Shown here piece by piece: positions 24,851 to 34,028 of a DNA stretch of 64,000 nucleotides (position 1 is its first letter; each line of letters begins with the position of its first letter). The position numbers and the translations under genes are program-made. Below the pieces are notes generated by a model. That model did not search any database and was not told where the DNA came from. It saw nothing but the letters and a program-made list of their open reading frames with translations. The DNA comes from Clostridia bacterium (lineage in GTDB: Bacteria; Bacillota; Clostridia; Christensenellales; CAG-138), in assembly GCA_017394835.1 (NCBI GenBank), contig JAFPXD010000003.1:78221-142220 (forward strand), read 5' to 3'.

Positions 24851-25380
24851 TTGATCTCACCGCCTTCCTCAATGAGCTTTATGACGGCGAACGCATCGCC
24901 GATGGCCTTCTTGAACGCCTTGGAGGAATAGGTAACTCCCGCGAACGCATCGACGTCCGCGTAATTTTCCCCGGTTACGCCGATGTAATTCAGAGGGTAG
25001 GTATCCTTGCCGAAATCCTTTGATTCACGGTAGGAGGTGATGGTCACGCCCTCGAGCTTTCCGTCCGGCGAGACGCCCGCGGTGATGCCCATATCGCCCG
25101 AGGAATATGAAGACATGGTGGCAAGCACCACGGCATAGCTGCCGTCCGCCGCCTTATAGACGGACTTGACGGTGGAGGGAGCGCCTTCCGGCAGCTCGAT
25201 TTCTTCAAAGCCTTCGGCGCTCGGGAGCACGCTTTTGAGCGATTTTTGGATCTTATCCGCCCTCGATCTTGCGATAACGGGAGAAGTGAAGCTGTTGGTA
25301 ACGGCGAGCAGAGCCGTCACAACGAGGCATATCACGGTGAGCACTATCACGCTCTTCGCGTTTTCATTGAGCTTCTTCAT
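24847..25380 (-). CDS. rnfG: Rnf complex subunit G (FMN-binding)
   Basis: 177 aa with an N-terminal TM. The FMN attachment context GVTYSSKAF resembles the S(G/A)AT(Y/F)S-type site. Position within the rnf cluster supports the call. Confidence 0.85.
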   Translation of the reverse strand: MKKLNENAKSVIVLTVICLVVTALLAVTNSFTSPVIARSRADKIQKSLKSVLPSAEGFEEIELPEGAPSTVKSVYKAADGSYAVVLATMSSYSSGDMGITAGVSPDGKLEGVTITSYRESKDFGKDTYPLNYIGVTGENYADVDAFAGVTYSSKAFKKAIGDAFAVIKLIEEGGEIN

Positions 25381-26324
25381 GCCTTCACCCCCCCGAGAGG
25401 CTTACGCTTGGTCGCCTTGTCGATATAGTTGGTAAAGAGGTTCATGAGCAGTATCGAGAATGAAACGCCTTCTGGATACGAGCCGAACTTTCTTATTATC
25501 ACGGTGAGCAGGCCGCAGCCCAAAGCGAATACGCATTTGCCGAGGTTGGAGGTCGGCGTGGTAACGTAATCGGTCGCCATGAATATCGCTCCCAGGAGCA
25601 GGCCGCCCGAGAGCACCTGAACGAGCGCAGCCCCGGCGCTGCCGTATATCGCCCATGAGAGCAGGAACACCGTCCCAATGAACACTACGGGAGTATGCCA
25701 GGTAATTACCTTGCGGATAATGAGATAGACTCCTCCGAGCAGGAGAGCGATCGCGCAGGTCTCGCCCAGAGCGCCGCCCCTCAGGCCGAGGAGCATATCG
25801 GTGATCTTGGGTATCGCGCCTTCCGCGCCCTTCATTACGGCAAGGGGCGTGGGCGAAGCGACGGCGTCCGCCGCGATCTTGATGGGCGCGGTGCTCGCCA
25901 TTGCATCGGTGAAAGCCAGGAGCATCATCACCCTTGCCGCCGCGGCGGGATTGGCGAAATTCTTTCCGAGCCCGCCGAAGAGGCACTTGATCACTATTAT
26001 CGCGAAGAGGCTGCCTATCACGACGGGATAAACGCCTATCGAAGCGGGGAGATTGAGCCCCAGAATGAGGCCCGTTACCACCGCGGAAAGATCCCCGACG
26101 GTATGCGGGCGCTTGGTGATGAGGTTAAACAGCGTTTCACCCGCGACGCATACCGCGATGCTGACGGCGACTATCAGAAGCGAACGGAGGCCGAATATCA
26201 CGGCTCCCGCCGCGAGCGCGGGCAGGAGGGCGATTATAACGTCCAGCATTATGCCCCTCGTAGTCCTTCCGGAGCTGATATGCGGCGAAACGGAAACAAT
26301 GAGCTTGGGATCTTTTTGCTCCAT
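25377..26324 (-). CDS. rnfD: Rnf complex subunit D
   Basis: ATG at 26324 overlaps the rnfC stop (TAATG), and an AAGGAGG RBS lies 9 nt upstream. Polytopic protein with the C-terminal FMN-site context FMATDYVTTP. The TTG start at 26357 in the track is less likely. Confidence 0.88.
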   Translation of the reverse strand: MEQKDPKLIVSVSPHISSGRTTRGIMLDVIIALLPALAAGAVIFGLRSLLIVAVSIAVCVAGETLFNLITKRPHTVGDLSAVVTGLILGLNLPASIGVYPVVIGSLFAIIVIKCLFGGLGKNFANPAAAARVMMLLAFTDAMASTAPIKIAADAVASPTPLAVMKGAEGAIPKITDMLLGLRGGALGETCAIALLLGGVYLIIRKVITWHTPVVFIGTVFLLSWAIYGSAGAALVQVLSGGLLLGAIFMATDYVTTPTSNLGKCVFALGCGLLTVIIRKFGSYPEGVSFSILLMNLFTNYIDKATKRKPLGGVKA

Positions 26325-27655
26325 TATGCCTTGCCTCCTTTTTGTGAATTCTGCCAATCCCGCAAAGCAGCCTTGGCGAGCTTATGCCTCTGCACTATGG
26401 GCTGATGCGCGGGGCAGACGAAAGCGCATGCGCCGCACTCCATGCAGAGATTGACCTTTTGCTTGACGAGCGCTTCCATATTGCCGGAGTTATACGCCTT
26501 TGCGATAGCGGGCGGATCGAGACGCATCGGGCAGTGATTTACACAGTTGCCGCACCTGAGGCACGGAGTCGCCTCCTTATAGGCGGCGTCATGCTCGTCA
26601 AAAGCAAGGATGGCGTTGGTGTTTTTGAGTATGGGAGCTTCGAGGCTCGGAACCGCGGTGCCCATCATGGGCCCTCCGTAGAGCACCTTTGCGGGGGCCG
26701 ATTTGAAGCCGCCGCAGAACTCGAACACATCCCCGAGCCTTGTGCCGATCGGGACGGCCACGTTCATCGGGTTCTTGACCGCGGAGCCATCGACCGTCAC
26801 TACCTTTTCCACAAGGGGCATGCCCGTTTCGATATAGCGCTCTATATTGGCGAGGGTGGTGACGTTCATAATGACAACGCCCACGTCAAGGGGAAGTTTG
26901 CCTTCCGGCACTATCCTTCCGGTGGTGTTGTAGATGAGCACCTTTTCGCCGCCCTGCGGGTACATCGAGGGGAGCGCCTTTACGATGATGGTGGGATCGT
27001 CCGCGAAAACCTGTTTGAGCTTCGCAACGGACTTCGGCTTGTTGTTTTCAATGCCGATATAGACCGCCTTGGGCTTCAGGTATTCGGAAATGCGGCGGAC
27101 GCCCCTTTCGATAAGATCGGAATGCTCGAGCATGGTGCGGGTATCGCTCGTGATATAGGGCTCGCACTCCGCGCCGTTTATGACGAAATACTCCGCCTGT
27201 TCGATATCCTTTATCGCAAGCTTTACCGAGGTCGGGAAGCCCGCTCCGCCGAGGCCCACTATGCCGCTTGCCCTTATCGCCTCCGCAAGGTCGGCAAGGG
27301 AGTTGATCTCCGGCTTTGCGAGCCCTTCGTAAACGGTCATTTCTCCATCGGATTCTATAATGATCGCGGGAGCGTTCCTGCCGTTGCTCAAAGTGATCTC
27401 TTCCACTTTTTTGACGACGCCCGAAACGGAAGCGTGTATGGGAGCGGAAACGAACCCGCCCGATTCCGCTATGAGCTGACCGACTGCGACCTTATCGCCC
27501 GCCTTCACTATGGGCTTTGCGGGCGCGCCGATGTGCATGACCGTGGGGATCACGACCGACTTGGGCGGCGGCATAACGACCGTCTCCATAAGGGCGGTGT
27601 TCTTCCTGTGAGGCACGTGCACACCCTTCAAAGAGCTGAATAAACCTTTTGCCAT
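26324..27655 (-). CDS. rnfC: Rnf complex subunit C
   Basis: Start MAKGLFSSLKGVHVPHRK at 27655. NADH/FMN-binding GLGGAGFPT and two C-terminal ferredoxin motifs (CLRCGNCVNHCP, CMECGACAFVCP). Confidence 0.9.
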   Translation of the reverse strand: MAKGLFSSLKGVHVPHRKNTALMETVVMPPPKSVVIPTVMHIGAPAKPIVKAGDKVAVGQLIAESGGFVSAPIHASVSGVVKKVEEITLSNGRNAPAIIIESDGEMTVYEGLAKPEINSLADLAEAIRASGIVGLGGAGFPTSVKLAIKDIEQAEYFVINGAECEPYITSDTRTMLEHSDLIERGVRRISEYLKPKAVYIGIENNKPKSVAKLKQVFADDPTIIVKALPSMYPQGGEKVLIYNTTGRIVPEGKLPLDVGVVIMNVTTLANIERYIETGMPLVEKVVTVDGSAVKNPMNVAVPIGTRLGDVFEFCGGFKSAPAKVLYGGPMMGTAVPSLEAPILKNTNAILAFDEHDAAYKEATPCLRCGNCVNHCPMRLDPPAIAKAYNSGNMEALVKQKVNLCMECGACAFVCPAHQPIVQRHKLAKAALRDWQNSQKGGKA

Positions 27656-27734
27656 TGTTTCTCCGATCTGCCGCTGCGCGGCTGTGGGATAGCGCAAAAA
27701 AGCGCATAATAAACACTTATAGTATTCCGAACAT

Positions 27735-27763
27735 ATTTTAGCACCCAATATATTGTGTGTCAA
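27735..27763 (-). promoter_or_regulatory. Sigma-A type promoter for the rnf operon
   Basis: On the minus strand: TTGACA (27763-27758), 17-nt spacer, TAAAAT (27740-27735). Confidence 0.5.
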
Positions 27764-27838
27764 TGTTTTTTTCTTCCTCCCGCGCCCTTATTTCGAGAAT
27801 GCGGAAGGAGGAACGGCATGGCGCCGGAAGCTTAATGC

Positions 27839-27867
27839 TTGCGCTTTTTTGTTCGGGGCATTATAAT
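27839..27867 (+). promoter_or_regulatory. Promoter for the DUF3810 gene
   Basis: TTGCGC (27839-27844), 17-nt spacer, TATAAT (27862-27867). Confidence 0.45.
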
Positions 27868-27892
27868 TAGGTGTATCAAAAGGAGGCGCACC

Positions 27893-29014
27893 GTGAAAAA
27901 AAGAGATTCCTTCGTTCATCAGTTATTGAGGCTGCCGGCGCTCATAATGCTCGCGGTCACATTCTTCGCGGTCAAGGCCGCCTCCTCCCACCCCGCCTTC
28001 ATTGAAGCCGTCTATTCCGAAAGGGTTTATCCCGCCATCCGGAACGCCGTCTCTGCATTGACGAGGCAGGCGCCGTTTTCCGTTGCGGAGGCGATCGCTG
28101 CCGTGCTCGCGGTGCTGTTCGTCGTTTTCCTGATCGTAAGGCTCATAAGGCTGATCATGTTCAAGGAGCACGCGCTCGTCAGGTTCGTTTCGCTCATCAT
28201 AACGGCGGTGCTCACGGTCTCCGCCCTTATCACGCTCTTCTATATCATGTGGGGCTTCAACTACTTCCGTCAGCCCGTGGGCGAAAAGCTTGCCCTTCCG
28301 GAAAGGGAATACACTGCCCAAGAGATAAGATCCGTCTGCAAGGAGCTTGCTTACAAGGCCTGCGCGTTGAGATCGGAGCTCCCCGAAAACGAAGCGGGGA
28401 TCTATGCCGAACCGATCGGCGATACCGTATCGGGCGTTGTTTCCGCCTATACCGAATTCGGCTCCACAAGGCCCTCCTTCCGCGCCGACGTTCCCCCCGC
28501 AAAGTCCCTCGTCACCTCGAGCTTCTTTTCCGATGCGGGCATATCGGGCATATACATACCGTTTACCGAGGAGCCTTCCTTCAACAATGAGGAGCCCTGC
28601 ATATACCTCCCCTTCAACATCGCTCACGAAACAGCGCATTATCTCGGCTGGGCGCATGAGGAGGACGCCAATTTCATAGCGTTCATAGTCGGTTATTCTT
28701 CCGAAAACAAGGCGCTCGGATATTCGAGCTGCATGCACGCTCTCAATCACCTGATAAGGGCTTTGAGGCCCGTCGATCCCGAAGGCGTGTCGGAGGTCTA
28801 TTCTATCTACACCGACGCGGTGAAGCGCGATCTTGCCGATTACGCGGCCTTCTACGATGCGCACGATACCAAGGTGCGCGAGACCTCGGACAAGATCAAC
28901 GACGCGTATCTCAAAGCGAACGATCAAGAAAAGGGCGTGCTCTCCTATGAGGAGGACGTCGCCCTTATACTCCGTTATTTCGACAGCCGCGGGTTCTTTG
29001 ACCGCGGAGCGTGA
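27893..29014 (+). CDS. DUF3810-like membrane protein with a putative zinc-metallopeptidase motif
   Basis: GTG at 27893 after AAGGAGG. Three TM segments, then an HETAH (HExxH) motif in NIAHETAHYLGWAHEEDANF. Confidence 0.65.
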   Translation: MKKRDSFVHQLLRLPALIMLAVTFFAVKAASSHPAFIEAVYSERVYPAIRNAVSALTRQAPFSVAEAIAAVLAVLFVVFLIVRLIRLIMFKEHALVRFVSLIITAVLTVSALITLFYIMWGFNYFRQPVGEKLALPEREYTAQEIRSVCKELAYKACALRSELPENEAGIYAEPIGDTVSGVVSAYTEFGSTRPSFRADVPPAKSLVTSSFFSDAGISGIYIPFTEEPSFNNEEPCIYLPFNIAHETAHYLGWAHEEDANFIAFIVGYSSENKALGYSSCMHALNHLIRALRPVDPEGVSEVYSIYTDAVKRDLADYAAFYDAHDTKVRETSDKINDAYLKANDQEKGVLSYEEDVALILRYFDSRGFFDRGA

Positions 29015-29021
29015 TATTTTG

Positions 29022-29450
29022 TTATTGAGCCGCCTTCGAAACGCCTATATCGAGGGTGCCGTTAACGTTCCAAACAAGGGTCAGCTCAACGCTGCCCTTT
29101 TTGAATATGGGCACGCCGCTGATACCCTCCGTCATCCATATGGAGGATTCGGGATCGAGCGTGAAACCGTAATTCGACATATTGCGGGCGTATGTTTCGA
29201 AATCATCCGCGGGAACAGCAAGGTAGGAAACGACAGTCATCCCGTTTTTTCCCTCATAAACGTTTTCGAAAAAGCCCGTGCCGGTATAGCGCGGAACGGG
29301 ATCGAGGATACCGTACTCATCCCACTTGGCAAGCACCTCAGGATCGTTCGCGGGCTTGGGAAGCTCCGTTTTATCATCTGTTTTTTTCGCACATCCCGCA
29401 AGCGCCGCCAGTATCAGCGCGGCAAGGATCGCACACAACGCCTTTTTCAT
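29022..29450 (-). CDS. Small lipoprotein of unknown function
   Basis: MKKALCAILAALILAALAGC lipobox. The start at 29450 is preferred to the track start at 29486. Confidence 0.6.
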   Translation of the reverse strand: MKKALCAILAALILAALAGCAKKTDDKTELPKPANDPEVLAKWDEYGILDPVPRYTGTGFFENVYEGKNGMTVVSYLAVPADDFETYARNMSNYGFTLDPESSIWMTEGISGVPIFKKGSVELTLVWNVNGTLDIGVSKAAQ

Positions 29451-29537
29451 AGCCGCCTCCATTGAAAATATAGCTGATTTTAGCATACTCGCCCTCTTTT
29501 TTCAAGTCCCGCATAAAAAGCGCGTTCAAAGCCGAAA

Positions 29538-30248
29538 ATGGTTTTAAGATCATTTTGGGAGGACGTCGTGCTGACTTTGTTTTTGAGAACGGTGATAGTC
29601 TATGCCGCCGTTGCCGCAGTACTGAGGCTGATGGGCAAAAGGCAGATAAGCGATATGCAGCCCTTCGACCTCGTAGTGACGCTGCTCATAGCGGACGCCG
29701 CCTCTTCCCCGCTTTCGGACGTTTCCGTGCCGCTTTTGAGCGGGGCAATACCCGTGCTTGCGCTCTTCATACTGCACAGGGCGGTATCGTTTATTTCGCT
29801 CCGTTCGCGCTCGGTAAGGAAGCTCGTCTGCGGGAGCCCGGTGGTGGTGATCCGCGATGGGGTGATACTTGAAGACGCCATGCGCGCGGCAAGCCTCACG
29901 CTCTGCGACCTTACCGAACAACTGCGGGCAAAGGACGTTTTCTCATTCACGGAGGTCGCTTACGGCATACTCGAAACGAACGGCTCGCTCTCGGTGCTGA
30001 AAAGCTCGCCCGGCGGATCGGAAACGCCCGCATCCCTGCTCGTTTCTGATGGAAAGCTCGAACAGGAGGAGCTTTCCGCTTCGGGAGTCGCCGAAAAAGC
30101 GCTGCGGAGGAGGCTGAAAGTTTTGGGAGCCGATCCCGCGGATTGCCTTTACGCAAGCCTCGAGTCGGACGGGACTCTTTTGGTCCAAACAAAAAGCCAC
30201 GGCCGATCGAAGCCGCGGATACTGAAGGAGGGCAGGAATGAAAGCTGA
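29538..30248 (+). CDS. DUF421 (YetF-like) membrane protein
   Basis: RLMGKRQISDMQPFDLVVTLLIADAAS is the hallmark DUF421 N-terminal region. Confidence 0.75.
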   Translation: MVLRSFWEDVVLTLFLRTVIVYAAVAAVLRLMGKRQISDMQPFDLVVTLLIADAASSPLSDVSVPLLSGAIPVLALFILHRAVSFISLRSRSVRKLVCGSPVVVIRDGVILEDAMRAASLTLCDLTEQLRAKDVFSFTEVAYGILETNGSLSVLKSSPGGSETPASLLVSDGKLEQEELSASGVAEKALRRRLKVLGADPADCLYASLESDGTLLVQTKSHGRSKPRILKEGRNES

Positions 30249-30648
30249 CGCCAACAAGAGGATGCAGACGGCCGTTGTGACGGCGCTTATCGTTTCCGCG
30301 CTCATAGTCGCGGCGGCATGCGCGCTGCCCGCCTTCTGCATGGGATCGCTGAACGGCGAATGCCTCCCCCTGCTCGAAAGCGCACGCGAAGCGGCCATTG
30401 CAGGCGACTTCGGCACGGCGCACGAGCTTCTTGCCCGCGCGGCGAAGATCGAGGAAGCGCACCTTCCGCATCTTAAGCTTTTTTTCGATCATAACAGCAC
30501 GGCCGCGCTCGACCTTTCGGTGAGAACGGCCTGCGATCTTGCGATCACAGGCGAAGCTTCACAGCTCATTGCGGAGATAGATTCCGCAATAGGCAGCCTG
30601 CGGTTCCTGAACGGAGTCACGCAGAGCGGCCCCGGCGAGTTACTGTGA
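30238..30648 (+). CDS. DUF4363-like small membrane-anchored protein
   Basis: 136 aa. Overlaps the DUF421 gene by 11 nt. N-terminal TM followed by a helical domain. DUF421-DUF4363 pairing is common in spore formers. The assignment is tentative. Confidence 0.5.
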   Translation: MKADANKRMQTAVVTALIVSALIVAAACALPAFCMGSLNGECLPLLESAREAAIAGDFGTAHELLARAAKIEEAHLPHLKLFFDHNSTAALDLSVRTACDLAITGEASQLIAEIDSAIGSLRFLNGVTQSGPGELL

Positions 30649-32166
30649 TCGGCGGGAACGGCGGCGGAGCATCCTTTTTACGACGCTTATGAGATACTTA
30701 ACGTCATTTCCGTAAAACAGGAGCGATGAAACGGCTGTGATTGCGGCTGCGATCCCGAACACGACGAAGCCTTCCGCTATCCAGCCCATCCAGCCTTCGG
30801 AGAACGCGATCCGGTCCTCCGCGAAAAGCGATACGAATATTATGACGGCGCCTGTCAGAACGAGCCAAATGAAGCGGAGTACGATCTCCTTTATGCTCCT
30901 TTCGAGAATGTGCTTTGAAACGAAAGCGGCGTATTGGCAGGTCCTGAAAAGATTTGCCGCAAGCGTGCCGAGTATGACGCCCTCTATCCCTATCAGGTTT
31001 ATAAGCACCAGCGAAACGGCGAGGTTGAGCAGCGCCTCAGCCATTGCGCCGTTTTTTGTTTCGCGGTAGAAGCCCGCCGCCTGCACGAGCATCAAATAGG
31101 GTTGCCTTATGCAATAGAACGCTTCCGCCGCGGTGATGAGCACCGCAAGCAGCGGCCTTATGTACTCTATATCCGTTACGCCGTAAGTATAGCGCCTGAG
31201 AAAAGGCAGTATGAGCAAACCAACGCAGGAGAAAACCACCGCGGTGAATGTGAACATGACGTATTCGTAGGCGCGGAAATTCCGTTTTAGGGACTCCATC
31301 TCCCCCCTCGCCCACATATTGCCGAACGCCGCCTCAATGCCGCTCGTCACCACCTGCATGAGCTGTTTGATCTTGCCCACTACAAGGTAATAGACCGTAT
31401 AGACCGAGATCACCTTCGCATCGGTGAAAAGGGTCAGGAGAACGAGATCGACGTTGTTGTGGATGAGGTTTGCTATCGAATGGAACGCCACGGCTCCGCG
31501 TTCTTTTATGCCCGTATTGTCCGGCTCGCACTTGGAGCTGAGCTGATACTTCCTGCGCACGTAGGCGTTCATTACAGCGGGAGTGATAAAGAACACGATC
31601 GAGCTGACAAGCTTGACCTCATAAACGGAACGGCCGAGCTTTATGAGGAGCGCCGTCAGCAAAGTATTGACTATTATCTTTACGGTATCGAGCGCATAGA
31701 CGATATAGCTGGCTTGATCCGCCTGCAGAAGGGTCTGGTTTGAAATCCCGAAGAAATACTGCGCGAAAGTGCCTATGCTCACTATCGCGATTATTGCGGC
31801 GTTCTGAGTTTTGTTGAGATCGTTATGCGAAATATAGGGATAGACTAAGCACAGTACCGCCGCGTAAGCTATAACGCAGAGAGCGACCTTTCTCATATAG
31901 ATCTTGGTCGCCTTCATTATGGCGCTCGTGCCTTCCCTGTCATCTTTGCCGAGAGTCTTATAAAGCGCCACCCTCGTCGCTCCGGTTATGCCGAGGGTCA
32001 ATACGCTTATCATGGAAAGGAAATGAGCGGCCGAGTTTATGACGCCGTTATACGTTGAACCGAACGCTTCGAGGATGAGCCTCGGCGTGATAAGGCCGCA
32101 GATAACAGACACGATCTGATAGATCGCGGCGAGCACCATATTCTTGAATGCTTTTTCGGTCCTCAT
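30640..32166 (-). CDS. wzx: Wzx-type oligosaccharide flippase (MOP superfamily)
   Basis: 508 aa with about 14 TM helices. N-terminus KNMVLAAIYQIVSVICGLITPRLILEAFGS is typical of polysaccharide biosynthesis flippases. Last gene of the glycan locus. Confidence 0.8.
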   Translation of the reverse strand: MRTEKAFKNMVLAAIYQIVSVICGLITPRLILEAFGSTYNGVINSAAHFLSMISVLTLGITGATRVALYKTLGKDDREGTSAIMKATKIYMRKVALCVIAYAAVLCLVYPYISHNDLNKTQNAAIIAIVSIGTFAQYFFGISNQTLLQADQASYIVYALDTVKIIVNTLLTALLIKLGRSVYEVKLVSSIVFFITPAVMNAYVRRKYQLSSKCEPDNTGIKERGAVAFHSIANLIHNNVDLVLLTLFTDAKVISVYTVYYLVVGKIKQLMQVVTSGIEAAFGNMWARGEMESLKRNFRAYEYVMFTFTAVVFSCVGLLILPFLRRYTYGVTDIEYIRPLLAVLITAAEAFYCIRQPYLMLVQAAGFYRETKNGAMAEALLNLAVSLVLINLIGIEGVILGTLAANLFRTCQYAAFVSKHILERSIKEIVLRFIWLVLTGAVIIFVSLFAEDRIAFSEGWMGWIAEGFVVFGIAAAITAVSSLLFYGNDVKYLISVVKRMLRRRSRRSQ

Positions 32167-32180
32167 CGGCAGATTCGCTT

Positions 32181-32987
32181 TCAGTCAAGCTTTACGGTAA
32201 AGGAAGGCCCGCAAAGCCGCCCCTCGATCCTTTTGTATTCTTCCGTGCTTTTGAGCTTTGCATCCGCGCCGAGCTCTTCAAGCAGGCGCAGGCACGAATA
32301 CGCGTCGTTATAAGTCCTCAAGCCGCCGTTCTGCACGAAATAAGTGCCGGGACGCGCATTGTAATCTATCTCGTTTTCCCTTCCCATTATGCGGCTGATC
32401 CCGAAATCGAGCAGTATCGGGCCTTTCGATCCGTACATGAGATTGCCCTTGTGAATATCCGCATGGACGATCCCGAAGCGTTCAAGCTCCTCCAGTATTG
32501 AAACCATATCGCGCAGGACGGCCTTCCCGCCGCAGTCAAGCGAGACCTCATGCAGACCTTCCACATAGTTTATCGCAAGCATTGCGGTCTCTTTCCCAAA
32601 GCTTTCCGTGCCCGCCGCAAGCTTGGGAAAAAGCTCCGATCCGCTGTTTATGTATTCAAGCAGCCTCAGCTCGTTCACCACGGTAGCGTCCCTTGATCCG
32701 ACCTTGATAAAGCAGCGCGCACCTTCCTTGACCGCTGTATAATAACGCCTTTCGGCGCCGTCTTTGCCTTTGCCGATGCGCCACGCTTCGATCATCACGG
32801 GCTTTGTTTTAGAAAAACCGAGTTCATCAAATCGAGCCAGCTCCTCTGCGCGAAGCCCCCTGCGATACTTGGAATAATAGGCGAAATGCCCGTCGCGCAG
32901 CGGTGTGACTATCTTGCTCTTGATCTTTTTGAGCGGGCGGTAGATCGCGCCGCACCGTTTTATGATGCTTTTGATCCCGTTGATCAT
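32181..32987 (-). CDS. Protein-kinase-like fold protein (WaaP/Kdo-kinase or choline/aminoglycoside kinase-like)
   Basis: Catalytic loop IVHADIHKGN (HxDxxxxN) followed by LLDFGIS (DFG). Confidence 0.6.
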   Translation of the reverse strand: MINGIKSIIKRCGAIYRPLKKIKSKIVTPLRDGHFAYYSKYRRGLRAEELARFDELGFSKTKPVMIEAWRIGKGKDGAERRYYTAVKEGARCFIKVGSRDATVVNELRLLEYINSGSELFPKLAAGTESFGKETAMLAINYVEGLHEVSLDCGGKAVLRDMVSILEELERFGIVHADIHKGNLMYGSKGPILLDFGISRIMGRENEIDYNARPGTYFVQNGGLRTYNDAYSCLRLLEELGADAKLKSTEEYKRIEGRLCGPSFTVKLD

Positions 32988-34027
32988 TTCGTTCCCCCGA
33001 TGATCCTTTCAATATAGGCTTCGGACTCCTTTCTGAGTTCGGCGATCCGTTCTTCCGTTTCTTTCGCGTCATACACGGTCAGCTTCCCCGGCTCCGCTTC
33101 CTTTATCCCCGCCGCGGCGATAAGATCGGTCAAGCGGCGGTTTGCCGAAGCTTTTTCCAGTTCCATCCGGACGAACGGGCGTCCGAATGCAATACAGAAG
33201 GAGAGGCAGTGATATGAATCGGTAACGACCGCTTCCGCATCCGCGATAAGCCCCAGCCACCTGCGCATGCTTACAAACCGCTTGACCTTCGCGCCCTTTA
33301 CGGACCTCAAAGGATTGCCGATGAGCAGTATCCGCGCGTTGAGTTCCCCGGCGATGGGCTCGGCGGCTTTTACCGCCCGGTATGCGCTGCCGACGGCATA
33401 AACCGCGATATAAGGCTTTTTTGCTCCGGAAGGTTCTGCAAACCTGCGCCAACGGTCTGCGGGAAGCATGAGCAGAGGATCGAGATCGCGCCTTGCGGGT
33501 ACGCCGAGCTTTCTTATCGCTTCGGCGCCGCTCTCCTCGCGGAGTGAGACGGTTTCAAATCCCTTCAGCAATGAGGCGATACCAAGCTCCTTATCGCAAG
33601 CTTCCGCATCCGCTCCGCCCATCGATACCGCATAGGACAGCTTTCTGCTCTTCGTTTCGATGGGAAGGAAGAAGCCCATATCCTTCCCCGTCAGATCAGG
33701 ATTCCAAACCTGGTCGCTGCCTACAACTATCGCATCATATCCGCAAAGATCCATATCGTTCGCGGAATACCTTTCCTTAGAGCGGTGAAAGCGGCTTTTT
33801 CTGAACCTTTCTCTGGAAATATGATCGAACACTCTGTACGGTACGGAAATAAGCGCTTTGATCGAGAAACCGTGCAGTATCCTGCGGCTGTTTTCGAGCT
33901 TCGGGCACCTGTAATCTATCAGCTCCGCATCGCACCCGTGTGCGCGAAACAGCTCCTGCATGGCATACGCCTGCAGGTCAGTTCCGTTGTTATCCGTTCG
34001 TGAAGCTGTCAAGATCCCGATCTTCAT
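32984..34027 (-). CDS. Polysaccharide pyruvyl transferase family protein
   Basis: MKIGILTASRTDNNGTDLQAYAM and VGSDQVWNP motifs. The start at 34027 (GAAGGA RBS) is preferred to 34060. Confidence 0.78.
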   Translation of the reverse strand: MKIGILTASRTDNNGTDLQAYAMQELFRAHGCDAELIDYRCPKLENSRRILHGFSIKALISVPYRVFDHISRERFRKSRFHRSKERYSANDMDLCGYDAIVVGSDQVWNPDLTGKDMGFFLPIETKSRKLSYAVSMGGADAEACDKELGIASLLKGFETVSLREESGAEAIRKLGVPARRDLDPLLMLPADRWRRFAEPSGAKKPYIAVYAVGSAYRAVKAAEPIAGELNARILLIGNPLRSVKGAKVKRFVSMRRWLGLIADAEAVVTDSYHCLSFCIAFGRPFVRMELEKASANRRLTDLIAAAGIKEAEPGKLTVYDAKETEERIAELRKESEAYIERIIGGTK

Positions 34028-34028
34028 A

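Noticed and set aside
26325-26357. TTG start at 26357 for rnfD
   Set aside because: The ATG at 26324 forms a TAATG overlap with the rnfC stop and has an AAGGAGG RBS at proper spacing. The TTG has no RBS and would overlap rnfC by 34 nt.
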